Source: Thermoproteota archaeon (GTDB lineage Archaea; Korarchaeota; Korarchaeia; Korarchaeales; Korarchaeaceae). Taken from it: DNA of 64,000 nt. The position numbers were made by a program, and so were the translations under genes. The notes under the pieces are model-generated. The model searched no databases. It was not told the origin of the DNA and was given only the letters and a program-made list of their open reading frames with translations. Of the stretch, positions 1-10,630 are shown piece after piece; the first letter of the stretch is position 1; each line of letters starts with the position of its first letter. The stretch is from contig JALSOH010000004.1 of assembly GCA_026986575.1 (NCBI GenBank), positions 704,001 through 768,000 of the forward strand. Direction: 5' to 3'.

Positions 1-323
1 TCTTTTTTGAAGTAACTAACTGAGAGTAAAGCCATTTTGGGATAGCGGAGGCTTTCTAGGATGGCTATCGATCCCCAGAATGAATCTCCCCCTAGAGTGA
101 AATCCTTGGTGACCTGTGCTGTAGCTGCATGTGAACTCCTAACCTCTCATCCCCCACTAACGGTTTTGTGTGGTTCCCTCTTATTTGTAGGATCTCAGAT
201 ATTAATTCCTCATGGTTCACCTCCGCAGTCAACAGGATCCATACTAGACGTTCTTAGCAGCCACTTATATAACCTCCGGAAAGGTTTAGGAGCCCCAAAA
301 TTGATGAGAAACAAGGGGTTTGG

Positions 324-630
324 GTGGGAAAAACGGTAAGATCACTCGATGAGATTAAGACCATCCTCAAAAAGCATGAGAACGAACTGAGGGAGAAGTA
401 TGGCGTGAAAAGAATTGGCATCTTTGGATCCGTCGTCAGAGGAGAAGCTGGAGAGGAAAGCGATGTCGATATACTCGTCGAGCTCGAGAGGCCTATAGGG
501 CTCCTCGAGTTTCTCGAGTTAGAGGAGTACATAAGCAACTTGATAGGTATGAAGGTTGATCTTGTATCTAAAAAGGCGCTTAAACCCCCACATTGGGAAA
601 CACATCTTGGAAGAGGTCGTTATGGTGTGA
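324..630 (+). pseudogene. MNT (minimal nucleotidyltransferase) antitoxin, frameshifted near its C-terminus
   Basis: GIFGSVVRGEAGEESDVDILVE is the GS..D.D motif. Removing one C from the C5 run at 585-589 restores a typical end, KPHIGKHILEEVVMV*, with TGA at 628-630. Confidence 0.85.
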
Positions 631-970
631 AGAGGTCTTATAAGGACTACATCCTCGACATCCTCACATCCATCGATGAAATCGAAGAATTTACCGAGGG
701 CATGGATTTCGAAGAGTTTATCGGAGAGGCAGGAAGACTATAAAACGCTGTTATCAGGAGCTTAGAAGTCATGGGAGAGGCTGCCAAGAAAATTCCACGC
801 GAGATCAGGAAGAAATACCCAAATATTCCTTTGAAATACCTTGCAGGTATGAGGGATAAACTGATTCACGAGTACCATGGAGTAGACTTAGGGATCGTTT
901 GGGAGGTCGTCAAGACCGATTCCCCATGAGGCCGGGGTTTGAGAGAGTTTTGAGAGAACTTGAGGAGTAA
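627..970 (+). pseudogene. HEPN/DUF86 toxin, interrupted
   Basis: GTG at 627 overlaps the restored MNT stop (GTGA). The frame reads KRSYKDYILDILTSIDEIEEF, hits an in-frame TAA at 741-743, then continues NAVIRSLEVMGEAAKKIP...AGMRDKLIHEYHGVD (R-X4-H). A further shift occurs near 921-929. Confidence 0.85.
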
Positions 971-1098
971 CTTCGCTGCTCTCGTAATCTATTCCCTTCT
1001 CCTTCCCTCGCGCGGGACATCCCCTTGCGGGAATGAGGAGCCGGCCTTCAAGCTGGAGGAAAGTACCGCTGGGAACTCAAAAGATGGAAAGGTTGGGC

Positions 1099-1986
1099 TT
1101 AGTGTTCGCCCTCCCTTCTACCCTCCTTGGAGAGCCAGTCCTTCACGATCTCCATTAGCTCCATGGGTATCAGGAACTTGGTGGCCTCGGATGAACCTAT
1201 CACCTTGAGCCCGTCCAAGTACTGAAGCTTCATGGTCTTCTCATCCAATGCCTTCGCGACCTCGTCTATGGTCTTGAGGGCCAAGGCATAGCCCTCAGCC
1301 TTTAGTATCTGGGACTGCCTCTCACCTTCAGCCTTCAAGATTGCAGCCTGCTTTTCACCCTCAGCCACCTTTATCGCTGCCTCCTTCTTACCCTCCGCCT
1401 CCGTTACCATGGCTCTTCGAGTACGTTCAGCGGCCATCTGCTTTATCATGGCCTCCTGTACTGTCTTAGGAGGTAAGATCTCCCTGATCTCTACGTTGGT
1501 TATCTTGACGCCCCAGCGCTCGGTAACCTCGTCGAGCTTGACCCTCAGTATGTTGTTTATCTCGTCCCTCTTGGCCAAGACCTCATCCAACACCATCTCA
1601 CCTATGACCGCTCTCAAAGTAGTAGTGGCTATGCCTATCGCCGCTCCCTTGAAGTCCGACACATTGAGAACGCTCGCCATGGGATCGACCACTTTGTAGT
1701 AGACAATGAAGTCTATGTCGGTAGGAGCGTTGTCCTTAGTTATGCAAGTCTGGTGCGGCACATCGAAGTAACTCTCCCTCAGGTCTATCCATATTATCTG
1801 GTCCAAAATGGGTATCCTGAACACGATTCCGGGTCCCTTCACGCCTAGGAACCTGCCCAACCTCAGGATAACGAGTCTCTTGAACTCGGGCACTATCTTT
1901 ATGGCCGAAGCCAAGAACAGGATCAGGATGAAGACAACAACGGCTATAAGGAACTCGGATAGACCCAAAACCACCGCTTGGATCAT
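1099..1986 (-). CDS. SPFH/band-7 (stomatin-like) membrane protein
   Basis: N-terminal TM, RLGRF..GPG, ITKDN, TTLRAVIG, ERWGVKITNVEIREI and AEG repeats; adjacent to NfeD. Confidence 0.95.
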   Translation of the reverse strand: MIQAVVLGLSEFLIAVVVFILILFLASAIKIVPEFKRLVILRLGRFLGVKGPGIVFRIPILDQIIWIDLRESYFDVPHQTCITKDNAPTDIDFIVYYKVVDPMASVLNVSDFKGAAIGIATTTLRAVIGEMVLDEVLAKRDEINNILRVKLDEVTERWGVKITNVEIREILPPKTVQEAMIKQMAAERTRRAMVTEAEGKKEAAIKVAEGEKQAAILKAEGERQSQILKAEGYALALKTIDEVAKALDEKTMKLQYLDGLKVIGSSEATKFLIPMELMEIVKDWLSKEGRREGEH

Positions 1987-3194
1987 TCCCTCACCACCTT
2001 GACCTTGAAACCCTCCATCCCGACTATCCTCACCCTCTCCCCCTCCTCTATGCTCTCGTCGGAGATCGCAGTCCAGAGCTCGGAGCCCACGAGGACCACT
2101 CCCTCCTTACCCGGCCTTATAGCGACCTTAACTACACCCGTCCTTCCTATTACGTTCTCGGGGCTCAGGGGGCTCGTCCTCTTGGCCAATATCTCCCTTA
2201 TCTTGTAGAGATAAAATCCGATGAGACCGGAAAGAACAACGAGGGTCACGATCACCGCTTCAACGCTCAGGGTCGGCGCTATCAGCGGCCCAGATTCGTA
2301 AACCAGTAGCAGGCCGATGGCAGAGATGACAGCGCCAGTTAGTGCTAGAAAACCATGACCGGTCTTCAACTCGAGGAATATGGTCGCTGCTCCCATCACC
2401 ATGAGTATTATAGCTGCTAGACTCGCCCCGATGAGGCCGAATGCGTAGAGGCCAAGAACGATCATTATGGTCCCGCTGGCCTCCATCACGAAGGTCGGAT
2501 GTGTCAGTCCAAGCAGCACGAGTATTATGCCCAGAATGAATATGACCCAAGCGTTCAGCGGGTCCGTTATGACGAGGAGAAGGGATACTCTCGCATCTGG
2601 GTAATATTCCTCCGTATCTCCGGACCAGTCCATCCTCTCCAGCGCCTCCAAAGAGTTCTTCGCTGTGCAATCCGCTATCCCATACTTCAAGGCCTCTTCA
2701 GCGGTCAGAGCCAGATTCTTCCTGACGAACAGCTCTGCAACCGTTGAGTTCTTACCTGAGACCTCAGCCAAGCTCTTCATCCAGCTGGAGAGGGCGTTCA
2801 CCACCTTCTCATCCTTAGGTCTGGGTTCAGCCGCCCCTATGGAAGATCCAGGTCCCATGCATATCTTATCCGCGGACAGTGCAATGAAGGCGCCGGCCGA
2901 GAATGCCCTCCCACCGGATGGAATGTAGACAGCTACCCTCACCGGAGAAGAGCTGATGGCGCCGACTATTCGTTCGGTCGACTGGAGGAACCCTCCATCG
3001 GTGTTTAGGACTATGAGCACGTCCATGTTCTTGCTCTCAGCAAACTTCATCCCAGATGCAATGTACTCCGCCATACCCTCCGTGATCGTGCCTTCCACCC
3101 TCAGTAGGAGGGTTCCACCGCCGCTGGAGACCTGCATGAGAGGGGGAAGTGTGACTGAAAGCACCAATAACACGGCGAGTATTGACCTCCTCAT
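1983..3194 (-). CDS. nfeD: NfeD family membrane-bound ClpP-class serine protease (long form)
   Basis: LNTDGG, AFSAGAFI, SIGAAEP, a TM bundle and a C-terminal OB fold (GVVLVGSELWTA); 4-nt overlap with the stomatin gene. Confidence 0.92.
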   Translation of the reverse strand: MRRSILAVLLVLSVTLPPLMQVSSGGGTLLLRVEGTITEGMAEYIASGMKFAESKNMDVLIVLNTDGGFLQSTERIVGAISSSPVRVAVYIPSGGRAFSAGAFIALSADKICMGPGSSIGAAEPRPKDEKVVNALSSWMKSLAEVSGKNSTVAELFVRKNLALTAEEALKYGIADCTAKNSLEALERMDWSGDTEEYYPDARVSLLLVITDPLNAWVIFILGIILVLLGLTHPTFVMEASGTIMIVLGLYAFGLIGASLAAIILMVMGAATIFLELKTGHGFLALTGAVISAIGLLLVYESGPLIAPTLSVEAVIVTLVVLSGLIGFYLYKIREILAKRTSPLSPENVIGRTGVVKVAIRPGKEGVVLVGSELWTAISDESIEEGERVRIVGMEGFKVKVVRE

Positions 3195-3542
3195 GGCTCC
3201 ACTTAAACAGTAAGTATGGAAATTTAACCGTTGTTTTCTCTGAGGGCTCCCTCTACCTCGATCCTCCCATGAGGGATCGGAAGAGTGAATGACACTTGGA
3301 CACCTATCTGTGCTAGTTCTATGTTATTACGTCAACCACCCGCATTAGTGATGGAGGATCGACGAAAGATAGATGGAGAAAGGATCTCTCTGAAGCGTGC
3401 GACCCCTCTCTCGAATCGGAAAAATCTTTTTGCTGGAAATGGGAAAAATACATGATCTATCCAAGCCTGTGCTCTCCTATCTGAGGTCAAGATTTATATT
3501 TGTCAGATTTCAGGGCTTATCTAACCACACTGGGTGTTCTAG

Positions 3543-5249
3543 ATGAGTGGGAAAGACTGGATAATCGTGATAGTCCTCTTGATCGTGGGGCTCCTCATAG
3601 GGTATTTTGCCGCGGGCCCCGGTAAGACCACCACTGTCACCGTGACCCAGACCTCAGTCAAGACTGTCACCGTGACCCAGACTGCTGGCGCTCCTCCAGC
3701 TCCTCCTACCACGACGAAGACGACTACTACCCAGCCTAAGGCCCAGATGAAGACTCCTGCCGATACCCTGATTATAGCTATGGATACCAGCGATGCCGTC
3801 TCTATGGATCCAGCTAGAGCCTACGAGTTCAGCTCATGTTTCGTTGTTAATCAGCTTTACGATAAGCTTGTGGATTTCGAGCTTCCCGATCTGGTCAATG
3901 TCAAGCCCGAAGTCGCTGAAAAGTGGGAGGTAAGTGAGGACGGTAAGGTCTGGACCTTCCACATAAGGAAGGGGATCAAGTTCGCTAGCGGTAATCCCCT
4001 CACCGCTGACGATGTCGTGTACTCCCTCCAGAGAGTTATCAAGCTCAAGCAGACCGCTTCCTGGGTTCTCACCCAGTTCGTCTCCACTCCCGAGCAGATA
4101 GAGAAGATCGATGATTATACTGTTAGGATTACCTTGGACAAGCCTGTAGCTCCGAGCTTCTTCTTGGCTACCCTGACATTCACGACTTCCGCTGTCGTTG
4201 ATAAGCAGGTGGTCGAGGCTCATGCTAAGAACGGGGACATGGGAAGCGACTGGATGACTGACCACAGTGCTGGTAGTGGTCCATTCATCCTCGAGAAGTG
4301 GGATAGGGAGGCTGAAATAGTCCTCAAGGCCAACCCATACTACTGGAAGCCTGGCCAGCCAGCCGTGAAGAGGGTGATTATAAAGCATGTTCCCGAACCG
4401 ACCGATCAGCTCCTCCTGATAAAGAAGGGAGATGTTGACATAGCTACTGATCTGACCGCGGAGCAGGTCAAGCAGGTGGAAGGCACGCCCGGAATAAACG
4501 TAATAAAGGTTGAGAGGACTCACATAGTCTACCTAGGAATGAACGTTGCCGTGAAGCCGTTGGACAAGGAAGAGGTCAGGGATGCGATCAGGTACTGTAT
4601 AGACTATGACAGCATAATAAACGATATCCTGCTCGGGGCAGCGATAAAGTGGCAGACTGTCATCCCGAAGGGTCTGCTCGGAGCGAATCCGAAGACCCCC
4701 TACAAGAAGGATGTGGCCAAGGCCAAGGAACTCCTTGCCAAGGCAGGAGTGCCCAACGGGTTCACGATAGAGCTGACCACGCCGCCGACCTATCCTCAGA
4801 TAGACATAGCCACCAAGATACAGGCCGACTTGGCCGAGTGCGGCATCAAGGTGAAGATCGTGCAGATGACCCAGTCCGAGATGTATGAGAAGTACAGGAA
4901 GCAGGGTCTCCAGCTCGTGCTCGCGGGTTGGGGCTCCGACTATCCGGATCCGGACAACAACGCCAAGGCCTTCGGTGACTACAGGGTGAAACAGCTTGCT
5001 TGGAGGAACTCTTGGTACGATGACCACGCCGCCGACCTCGCCGAGAAGGCAGCCGTGGAATTCGATAACAACAAGAGGAAGCAGATGTATCTCGAGCTCA
5101 CTGACTACATACTCGACCACGGGCCCTATGCAATCCTCTACCAGACCCTCGCCCAGCACGTAGCGAGGGACTACGTGAAGAACTATCTGCCCGATCCGAC
5201 GTTCTTCCTCGAGGACCTCTCCAAGGTGTCAAAAGCTGGAGGGAGCTGA
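3543..5249 (+). CDS. dppA: Peptide/nickel ABC transporter substrate-binding protein (family 5)
   Basis: TM anchor plus Thr-rich linker, SMDPA, WTFHIRKGIKFASGNPLTADDVVYS, GSGPF, GWGSDYPDPD. Confidence 0.93.
   Translation: MSGKDWIIVIVLLIVGLLIGYFAAGPGKTTTVTVTQTSVKTVTVTQTAGAPPAPPTTTKTTTTQPKAQMKTPADTLIIAMDTSDAVSMDPARAYEFSSCFVVNQLYDKLVDFELPDLVNVKPEVAEKWEVSEDGKVWTFHIRKGIKFASGNPLTADDVVYSLQRVIKLKQTASWVLTQFVSTPEQIEKIDDYTVRITLDKPVAPSFFLATLTFTTSAVVDKQVVEAHAKNGDMGSDWMTDHSAGSGPFILEKWDREAEIVLKANPYYWKPGQPAVKRVIIKHVPEPTDQLLLIKKGDVDIATDLTAEQVKQVEGTPGINVIKVERTHIVYLGMNVAVKPLDKEEVRDAIRYCIDYDSIINDILLGAAIKWQTVIPKGLLGANPKTPYKKDVAKAKELLAKAGVPNGFTIELTTPPTYPQIDIATKIQADLAECGIKVKIVQMTQSEMYEKYRKQGLQLVLAGWGSDYPDPDNNAKAFGDYRVKQLAWRNSWYDDHAADLAEKAAVEFDNNKRKQMYLELTDYILDHGPYAILYQTLAQHVARDYVKNYLPDPTFFLEDLSKVSKAGGS
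3633..3682 (+). repeat. 20-nt direct repeat ACTGTCACCGTGACCCAGAC (period 30) encoding TVTVTQT twice
   Basis: Copies at 3633-3652 and 3663-3682, in the linker of the binding protein. Confidence 0.9.
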
Positions 5250-5278
5250 GACTCCCCTCTATCCTTTTTCCTCTTCCG
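5250..5278 (+). terminator. Pyrimidine/T-rich tract after dppA (probable intra-operon terminator)
   Basis: ACTCCCCTCTATCCTTTTTCCTCTTCC follows the stop. Similar tracts follow kamA (17798) and the malic enzyme gene (47750). Confidence 0.5.
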
Positions 5279-5289
5279 GGGGGTAGCTA

Positions 5290-6303
5290 TTGGACCTCAA
5301 GACATACATATTGAGGCGTCTGGCCCTAATGTTGTTCGTTCTATTCGGGATAATTGTGATTACGTTTATTGTGTCTCATGTGATTCCTGCTGATCCGATA
5401 GGAGCCATTCTAGGACCTCAAGCTCCTCCCGAACTGGTGGAGAAGGTTAGAAAGGAATGGGGTTTCGACAAGCCCCTACCTGAGCAGTTCGTTGACTACA
5501 TAGTCAACCTGCTCCAAGGGAACTTGGGTAAGTCCATAAGGACGAATAAACCGGTGGCAGAGGACCTCATGAAGTTCTTTCCAGCGACGATCGAGCTGGC
5601 AACGGCGGCTATGATAGTGGCGATAGTGATAGGGATACCCCTCGGTATAATCTCGGCCGTGAAGAAGGATAAGTGGCCCGACCACATCTCTAGGATATTC
5701 GCCCTCATGGGGGTCAGCATGCCCGTCTTCTGGCTTGGCCTCATCCTGCTCTTCGTCCTCTACTACCAGCTGGGGATATTCCCTGGTCCTGGTAGACTGG
5801 ATCCGGGAATAGAGGCTCCACCCAGAATAACTGGTATCCTAACACTGGACAGCCTGATTACCGGGAACTTCGAAGCTTTCGCGAATGCTGTGTGGCACCT
5901 TATGCTCCCCTCATTCGTCTTGGGCTACTACGCTTCCGCATCGATCACTAGGATCACTAGGACATCCCTGCTCGAGGTCATGACTCAGGACTTCATAAGG
6001 ACGGCTAGGGCCAAGGGTCTGTCTGAGAGAGTCGTGCTGTTCAGGCACGCCCTGAGAAACGCCCTCATACCCACCACCACTGTCATAGGGATGGCTTACG
6101 GAAGCCTGCTCGAGGGTGCTATACTCACGGAGACTATATTCGCCTGGCCTGGATTGGGCAGGTACTCAACTGGTGCGTTCCTGTCCGTGGACTTCTTGGC
6201 GGTGATGGGATCCACCTTGCTGATAGCGGTGATCTACTCCGTGGCCAATCTAGTCGTGGACATACTCTACGCGTTCCTCGATCCGAGGATAAGGTATGCT
6301 TGA
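5290..6303 (+). CDS. dppB: Peptide ABC permease
   Basis: FPATIELA, DFIRTARAKGL..HALRNALIP, ETIFAWPGLG, LDPRIR. Confidence 0.95.
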   Translation: MDLKTYILRRLALMLFVLFGIIVITFIVSHVIPADPIGAILGPQAPPELVEKVRKEWGFDKPLPEQFVDYIVNLLQGNLGKSIRTNKPVAEDLMKFFPATIELATAAMIVAIVIGIPLGIISAVKKDKWPDHISRIFALMGVSMPVFWLGLILLFVLYYQLGIFPGPGRLDPGIEAPPRITGILTLDSLITGNFEAFANAVWHLMLPSFVLGYYASASITRITRTSLLEVMTQDFIRTARAKGLSERVVLFRHALRNALIPTTTVIGMAYGSLLEGAILTETIFAWPGLGRYSTGAFLSVDFLAVMGSTLLIAVIYSVANLVVDILYAFLDPRIRYA

Positions 6304-7199
6304 AGGGGATTTTCATGAATATCGGGGAGAAGGTAAGGGGACTGGTGGAGTATTTTAGATCCGAGGACTTCAAGATAACCCTTATACTAGTGAAGAAGAG
6401 CCCTCTCACGGTCTTGGGACTAGCTCTGACCATATTCTTGGTGCTGGTGGCGATATTCGCGCCTCTCATAGCACCCTATGATCCCATAAAGCAGGACCTC
6501 AAGAACAGGCTCCAGCCTCCCAGCTGGGAGCATCCCTTCGGGACCGATCAGCTCGGAAGGGATATATTCAGCAGGGTGGTCTGGGGATCTCGAATCTCCC
6601 TCTTCATAGCCCTCATAGTAGTCGCCATCTCATTCACCGTCGGAACCACGATAGGCATAATCTCGGGCTACTTCGGGGGAAAGGTCGATGAAGTCCTAAT
6701 GAGGATAACGGACATGTTTATGGCCTTTCCTAGGCTGGTACTCGCCCTGGCCGTGGCTGCTGCCTTAGGACCCGGGCTCTTCAATACCATGCTTGCTATA
6801 GCCTTCGTCTCTTGGGTCTACTACGCCAGGCTGGCTAGGGCCAGCACTCTACAGATAAGGGAGGAGGTGTACATAGAAGCGGCTAGGGCGATAGGGGCCA
6901 GCGACAGGAGGATACTCTTCCTTCATGTTCTCCCAATGGTCATTGCGCCGGTAGTAGTCCAAGCAACCTTGGACATGGGCGGGACCATCCTCACCGCAGC
7001 CGGCCTCGGTTTCCTTGGACTGGGTGTCCAGCCCCCAACCCCAGAGTGGGGAGTCATGGTCAGCGAGGGGAGGAGGTTCATAACGGAGCAGTGGTGGGTA
7101 TCCACATTCCCTGGCTTCGCGATACTCTTGGCAACGCTGGGTTTCAACCTACTGGGCGACGGGATAAACGATATACTCAACGTCAGGGCGAGGAGGTGA
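6300..7199 (+). CDS. dppC: Peptide ABC permease
   Basis: HPFGTDQLGRDIFSR, YIEAARAIGAS, GLGVQPPTPEWG, FNLLGDG. Confidence 0.95.
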   Translation: MKGIFMNIGEKVRGLVEYFRSEDFKITLILVKKSPLTVLGLALTIFLVLVAIFAPLIAPYDPIKQDLKNRLQPPSWEHPFGTDQLGRDIFSRVVWGSRISLFIALIVVAISFTVGTTIGIISGYFGGKVDEVLMRITDMFMAFPRLVLALAVAAALGPGLFNTMLAIAFVSWVYYARLARASTLQIREEVYIEAARAIGASDRRILFLHVLPMVIAPVVVQATLDMGGTILTAAGLGFLGLGVQPPTPEWGVMVSEGRRFITEQWWVSTFPGFAILLATLGFNLLGDGINDILNVRARR

Positions 7200-7203
7200 T
7201 TGA

Positions 7204-8193
7204 GTGAGCGGCAACGGGAATGGAGATAACCTCTTGGAGATCAGGGATCTGTACGTTCGATTCCACACCCTTAGGGGCATAGTCAAGGCCATAGATGGCG
7301 TCAACTTGGAGGTGGGATACGGCGAAGTTCTCGGCCTCGTGGGGGAGACTGGCAGCGGCAAGACGGTGACGGGGTTAAGTATACTCAGGCTGCTGGAGCA
7401 GAACGCCGAGATCACTGGAGGGGAGATAATATTTCAGGGAAGAGACCTTCTCAAGCTCCCTCTCAAGGAGATCCTGAAGATAAGAGGAAGGGACATTTCC
7501 ATGATCTTTCAGGAGCCGAAGGCCGCCCTGAACCCGGTCATGCAAGTGGGTGATCAGGTGGCTGAGTCCTTCTTGGTACACGAGGAGATTTCCAAGAAAG
7601 AAGCGAAGGAAAGGGTCCTAGAGATATTCAGGAGGGTGGGCCTCCCCGATCCCGAGAGGGTGTACAAGAGTTACCCCCACGAGCTCAGCGGGGGAATGGC
7701 TCAGAGGGTCGTGATATCTATGGCGCTCGCCCTGAAGCCGAAGCTGCTCATAGCAGATGAGCCCACCTCTGCCTTGGATGTGACCATACAGGCCCAGATA
7801 ATGGATCTCTTTCGCGAGCTGATAAATGAGATGGGAACCAGCGTCATCTACATAACCCACGACATGGCCCTAGCTGCGGAGATAAGTGACAGGATCGCGG
7901 TGATGTATGCTGGCAGGATAGTGGAGGTGGCCGATACTGAAACGATATTCGAGAACCCCCTACATCCCTACACCCAGGGGCTGCTGAAATCCATACCTAA
8001 ACCGGGATACAGGGGGAAGCTCTTCTCGATGGAAGGGGAGATACCTCCCCTGATAAATCCGCCCCCAGGCTGCAGGTTCCATCCCCGCTGCCCGAAGAGA
8101 TTCGATCCGTGCGACAAGGAAGTGCCCAAGCTGATGGAGGTAGAACCGGAGCATAAGGTGGCCTGCTTCCTGTTCGGAGGTGAGTCCAAATGA
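7204..8193 (+). CDS. dppD: Peptide ABC ATPase
   Basis: [27 protein letters not shown]-terminal GCRFHPRC. Confidence 0.95.
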   Translation: MSGNGNGDNLLEIRDLYVRFHTLRGIVKAIDGVNLEVGYGEVLGLVGETGSGKTVTGLSILRLLEQNAEITGGEIIFQGRDLLKLPLKEILKIRGRDISMIFQEPKAALNPVMQVGDQVAESFLVHEEISKKEAKERVLEIFRRVGLPDPERVYKSYPHELSGGMAQRVVISMALALKPKLLIADEPTSALDVTIQAQIMDLFRELINEMGTSVIYITHDMALAAEISDRIAVMYAGRIVEVADTETIFENPLHPYTQGLLKSIPKPGYRGKLFSMEGEIPPLINPPPGCRFHPRCPKRFDPCDKEVPKLMEVEPEHKVACFLFGGESK

Positions 8194-9185
8194 TGCTGGA
8201 GGTTCAGGATCTCAGGAAGTACTTCCCTGTCCGCGGTGGCGTGATGATGAGGGTGATCGGTCATGTGAAGGCGGTAGACGGGGTCTCCATATCCATAGAG
8301 AAGGGGGAGGTCTTCGGCCTAGTGGGTGAGTCCGGAAGCGGTAAGACGACCTTGGGCAGGACGGTCCTCAAGCTGACTGAGCCCACCGGTGGTAGGATAA
8401 TCTTCGATGGGAGGGACATAACCGATCTCTCGGGCAAGGAACTTATCCCCCTAAGGAGGGAGATGCAGATAGTCTTTCAGGACCCGTATAAGGCCCTGCA
8501 TCCGAGAAAGAGGGTGAAGGACATAGTTGGTGAACCTCTGATCATACATGAGGGAGCCAGCGATACGGAGGTGAGGAAGAGAGTAGCGGAGATGCTCAAG
8601 CTGGTGGGGCTGAATGTGGAGCACATGGACAGGTACCCGCACGAGTTCTCGGGAGGGCAGAGGCAGAGAATAGTCATAGCTAGGGCCCTGATCTTGAGGC
8701 CCAAGTTCATGGTGCTAGACGAACCTACCTCTGCCTTGGATGTGAGCGTTCAGGCTAAGATACTCAACCTGTTGAGCGATCTCAAGGAACAGTTTGACCT
8801 CACCTTCCTGCTGATAAGCCATAACTTAGCGGTGGTACAACACATGAGCAACAGGATCGGCGTGATGTACCTAGGGAAACTCATGGAGGTGGCTCCCTCC
8901 CAGGAACTCTTCGAGAAACCGCTTCATCCCTACACGAAGGCTCTGATATCAGCCATCCCAATACCCGACCCTAAGCTGGCCAAGAAGAAGAGGAAGATGA
9001 CCCTCAGGGGCGAAATTCCAAGCCCTCTGCATCCGCCCTCTGGCTGTAGGTTCCACACTAGGTGCCCGTTCGCCAAGGAGATCTGCGAGAGGGAGGAACC
9101 ACCTTTGAGGGAGGTGGAGCCGGGCCACTGGGTGGCGTGTCACTTCTGGGATGAGTTGAGGGAGGTGGGAGTGTTAAATGCCTGA
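8190..9185 (+). CDS. dppF: Peptide ABC ATPase
   Basis: [33 protein letters not shown]. Confidence 0.95.
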   Translation: MMLEVQDLRKYFPVRGGVMMRVIGHVKAVDGVSISIEKGEVFGLVGESGSGKTTLGRTVLKLTEPTGGRIIFDGRDITDLSGKELIPLRREMQIVFQDPYKALHPRKRVKDIVGEPLIIHEGASDTEVRKRVAEMLKLVGLNVEHMDRYPHEFSGGQRQRIVIARALILRPKFMVLDEPTSALDVSVQAKILNLLSDLKEQFDLTFLLISHNLAVVQHMSNRIGVMYLGKLMEVAPSQELFEKPLHPYTKALISAIPIPDPKLAKKKRKMTLRGEIPSPLHPPSGCRFHTRCPFAKEICEREEPPLREVEPGHWVACHFWDELREVGVLNA

Positions 9186-9330
9186 GGATGGGGATGAGGA
9201 GGTTGAGCTCGAATGGAAGGATTACCTAGCCTTCGTGATCGCCCTCTTAACCACAAATCTCCTCCCCCTCATCCTGATAGGGATCCTAATGGTGATCCTC
9301 TCGTACTTCATCGTTCAGCTCTTCGGCTGA
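9178..9330 (+). CDS. 50-aa small membrane protein (below the ORF-track cutoff)
   Basis: [50 protein letters not shown]. The ATG overlaps the dppF stop by 8 nt and GGAGGTG lies upstream. Confidence 0.7.
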   Translation: MPEDGDEEVELEWKDYLAFVIALLTTNLLPLILIGILMVILSYFIVQLFG

Positions 9331-10600
9331 CCTCCTCCAACGACTTTTCGATTATGGAGAGGGCTTCCTCCACCTGCTCGGCCGTTATCGTTATCGGTGG
9401 CGTCAGTTTGATCACGTTGTTATGCCTGCCCACGGTTATGGCCAGCAGGCCGTTCCTGAAGAGGACATCCTTAAGCTCGGATGCTAACTTTTTCGAAGGC
9501 CCTCCATCCTCTATTATCTCGATTCCTTGCACGCATCCAATCCCCCGGGCATCGGCTACATGATCGTATCTGCTGACGAACTCTCTCAACCCCTTCATCA
9601 GCTCTTCTCCCCTTTTCAGGGCATTTTCCACGAGGTTTTCCTCCCTGATCGCCTCTATAGTCGCTAAGGCGGCCAAGACTCCCAAGTAATGGCCAGCATA
9701 GGTGCCGAGGCTGCCGCCGCTACATAGATACCACTCCTCCACGAGGTCGCCCCTGAAGGCAACCGCCGCTAGGGGAAGGCCACCCGCTATCCCCTTACCC
9801 ATGACCACGATGTCGGGCTCAACTCCGTGATGCTCTATCCCGAACCACTTGCCTGTCCTTCCAAAACCTGTGTAAACCTCGTCGACTATGAGGAGGGCGC
9901 CCGTGCTCTCCGTAATCTCCCTGAGACCCCTGAAGAAACTGGAGGATGGGAATAGTATGCCCCCATGAGACTGGAGTGGTTCCACTATGATGCCAGCTAA
10001 ATCCTCGGGCTCTACCGCCCTACCGAGGACTTCCTCTTCTATGAATCCAAGCACGGCTTGAGAGCACTCTTCGCAGTCATCAGCCTTCAGGAGACACCGG
10101 AAACAGTTTGGATAGGGCGCATATACGGCTTCAGAGGTCCTAGGCGCGACTCGCCTCATCCCTTCCGTTGGAGAGGACTGCAGGGCATATCCCGTGAGCC
10201 CGTGGTAGGCACCGTAAAAGGATAGGATGACCTGCCTTCCCGTGGCGAACTTGGCCAGTTGAATAGCGAAATCACTCGCCTCACTCCCCGTGGTGGCATA
10301 CGCTATAGAAGCATTCTCGACGGGAACGAGGGACCTGAGTTCCTCCCCAAGCTTCAAGAAAGGCTCATTCGGGGCAAGTAAACCAGAGAATCCCGTTAAC
10401 TTCTCCACCCCCTCTTTCACCCTCGACACTACTTTGGGGTGAGCCTGACCGAGGGAGGTAGCGGCACCGCTGAAATCCAAGAACCTCCTTCCATCCCTCG
10501 TCCATACTTCCGCTTTGAATCCTCTTTCAACTATGACCGGGAAGGAGGGAGGACACCTGAACACCCTCGGGTAGAAATCGTCCAGCATAGGGATATGCAA
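9308..10600 (-). CDS. Class III PLP enzyme (GABA/ornithine aminotransferase family; possible amino-acid racemase)
   Basis: FLDF, TTGSEA, YHG, IVEP, VDEVYTGFGRTG, MGKGIAGG (PLP Lys), LTPP. Confidence 0.9.
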   Translation of the reverse strand: MHIPMLDDFYPRVFRCPPSFPVIVERGFKAEVWTRDGRRFLDFSGAATSLGQAHPKVVSRVKEGVEKLTGFSGLLAPNEPFLKLGEELRSLVPVENASIAYATTGSEASDFAIQLAKFATGRQVILSFYGAYHGLTGYALQSSPTEGMRRVAPRTSEAVYAPYPNCFRCLLKADDCEECSQAVLGFIEEEVLGRAVEPEDLAGIIVEPLQSHGGILFPSSSFFRGLREITESTGALLIVDEVYTGFGRTGKWFGIEHHGVEPDIVVMGKGIAGGLPLAAVAFRGDLVEEWYLCSGGSLGTYAGHYLGVLAALATIEAIREENLVENALKRGEELMKGLREFVSRYDHVADARGIGCVQGIEIIEDGGPSKKLASELKDVLFRNGLLAITVGRHNNVIKLTPPITITAEQVEEALSIIEKSLEEVSRRAER

Positions 10601-10630
10601 TCCGCAACTCCTAAAATACCTTGAAGGGAG

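Noticed and set aside
1-323. ORF 61..339 and short minus-strand frames
   Set aside because: No motif and atypical composition; probably intergenic or a remnant.
1099-3194. NfeD-stomatin pair as a novel system
   Set aside because: A well-known conserved operon.
3834-5159. Long antisense ORFs (229 and 208 aa; similar ones inside kamA, cysS and thrS)
   Set aside because: Shadow frames of strongly codon-biased genes with no motifs.
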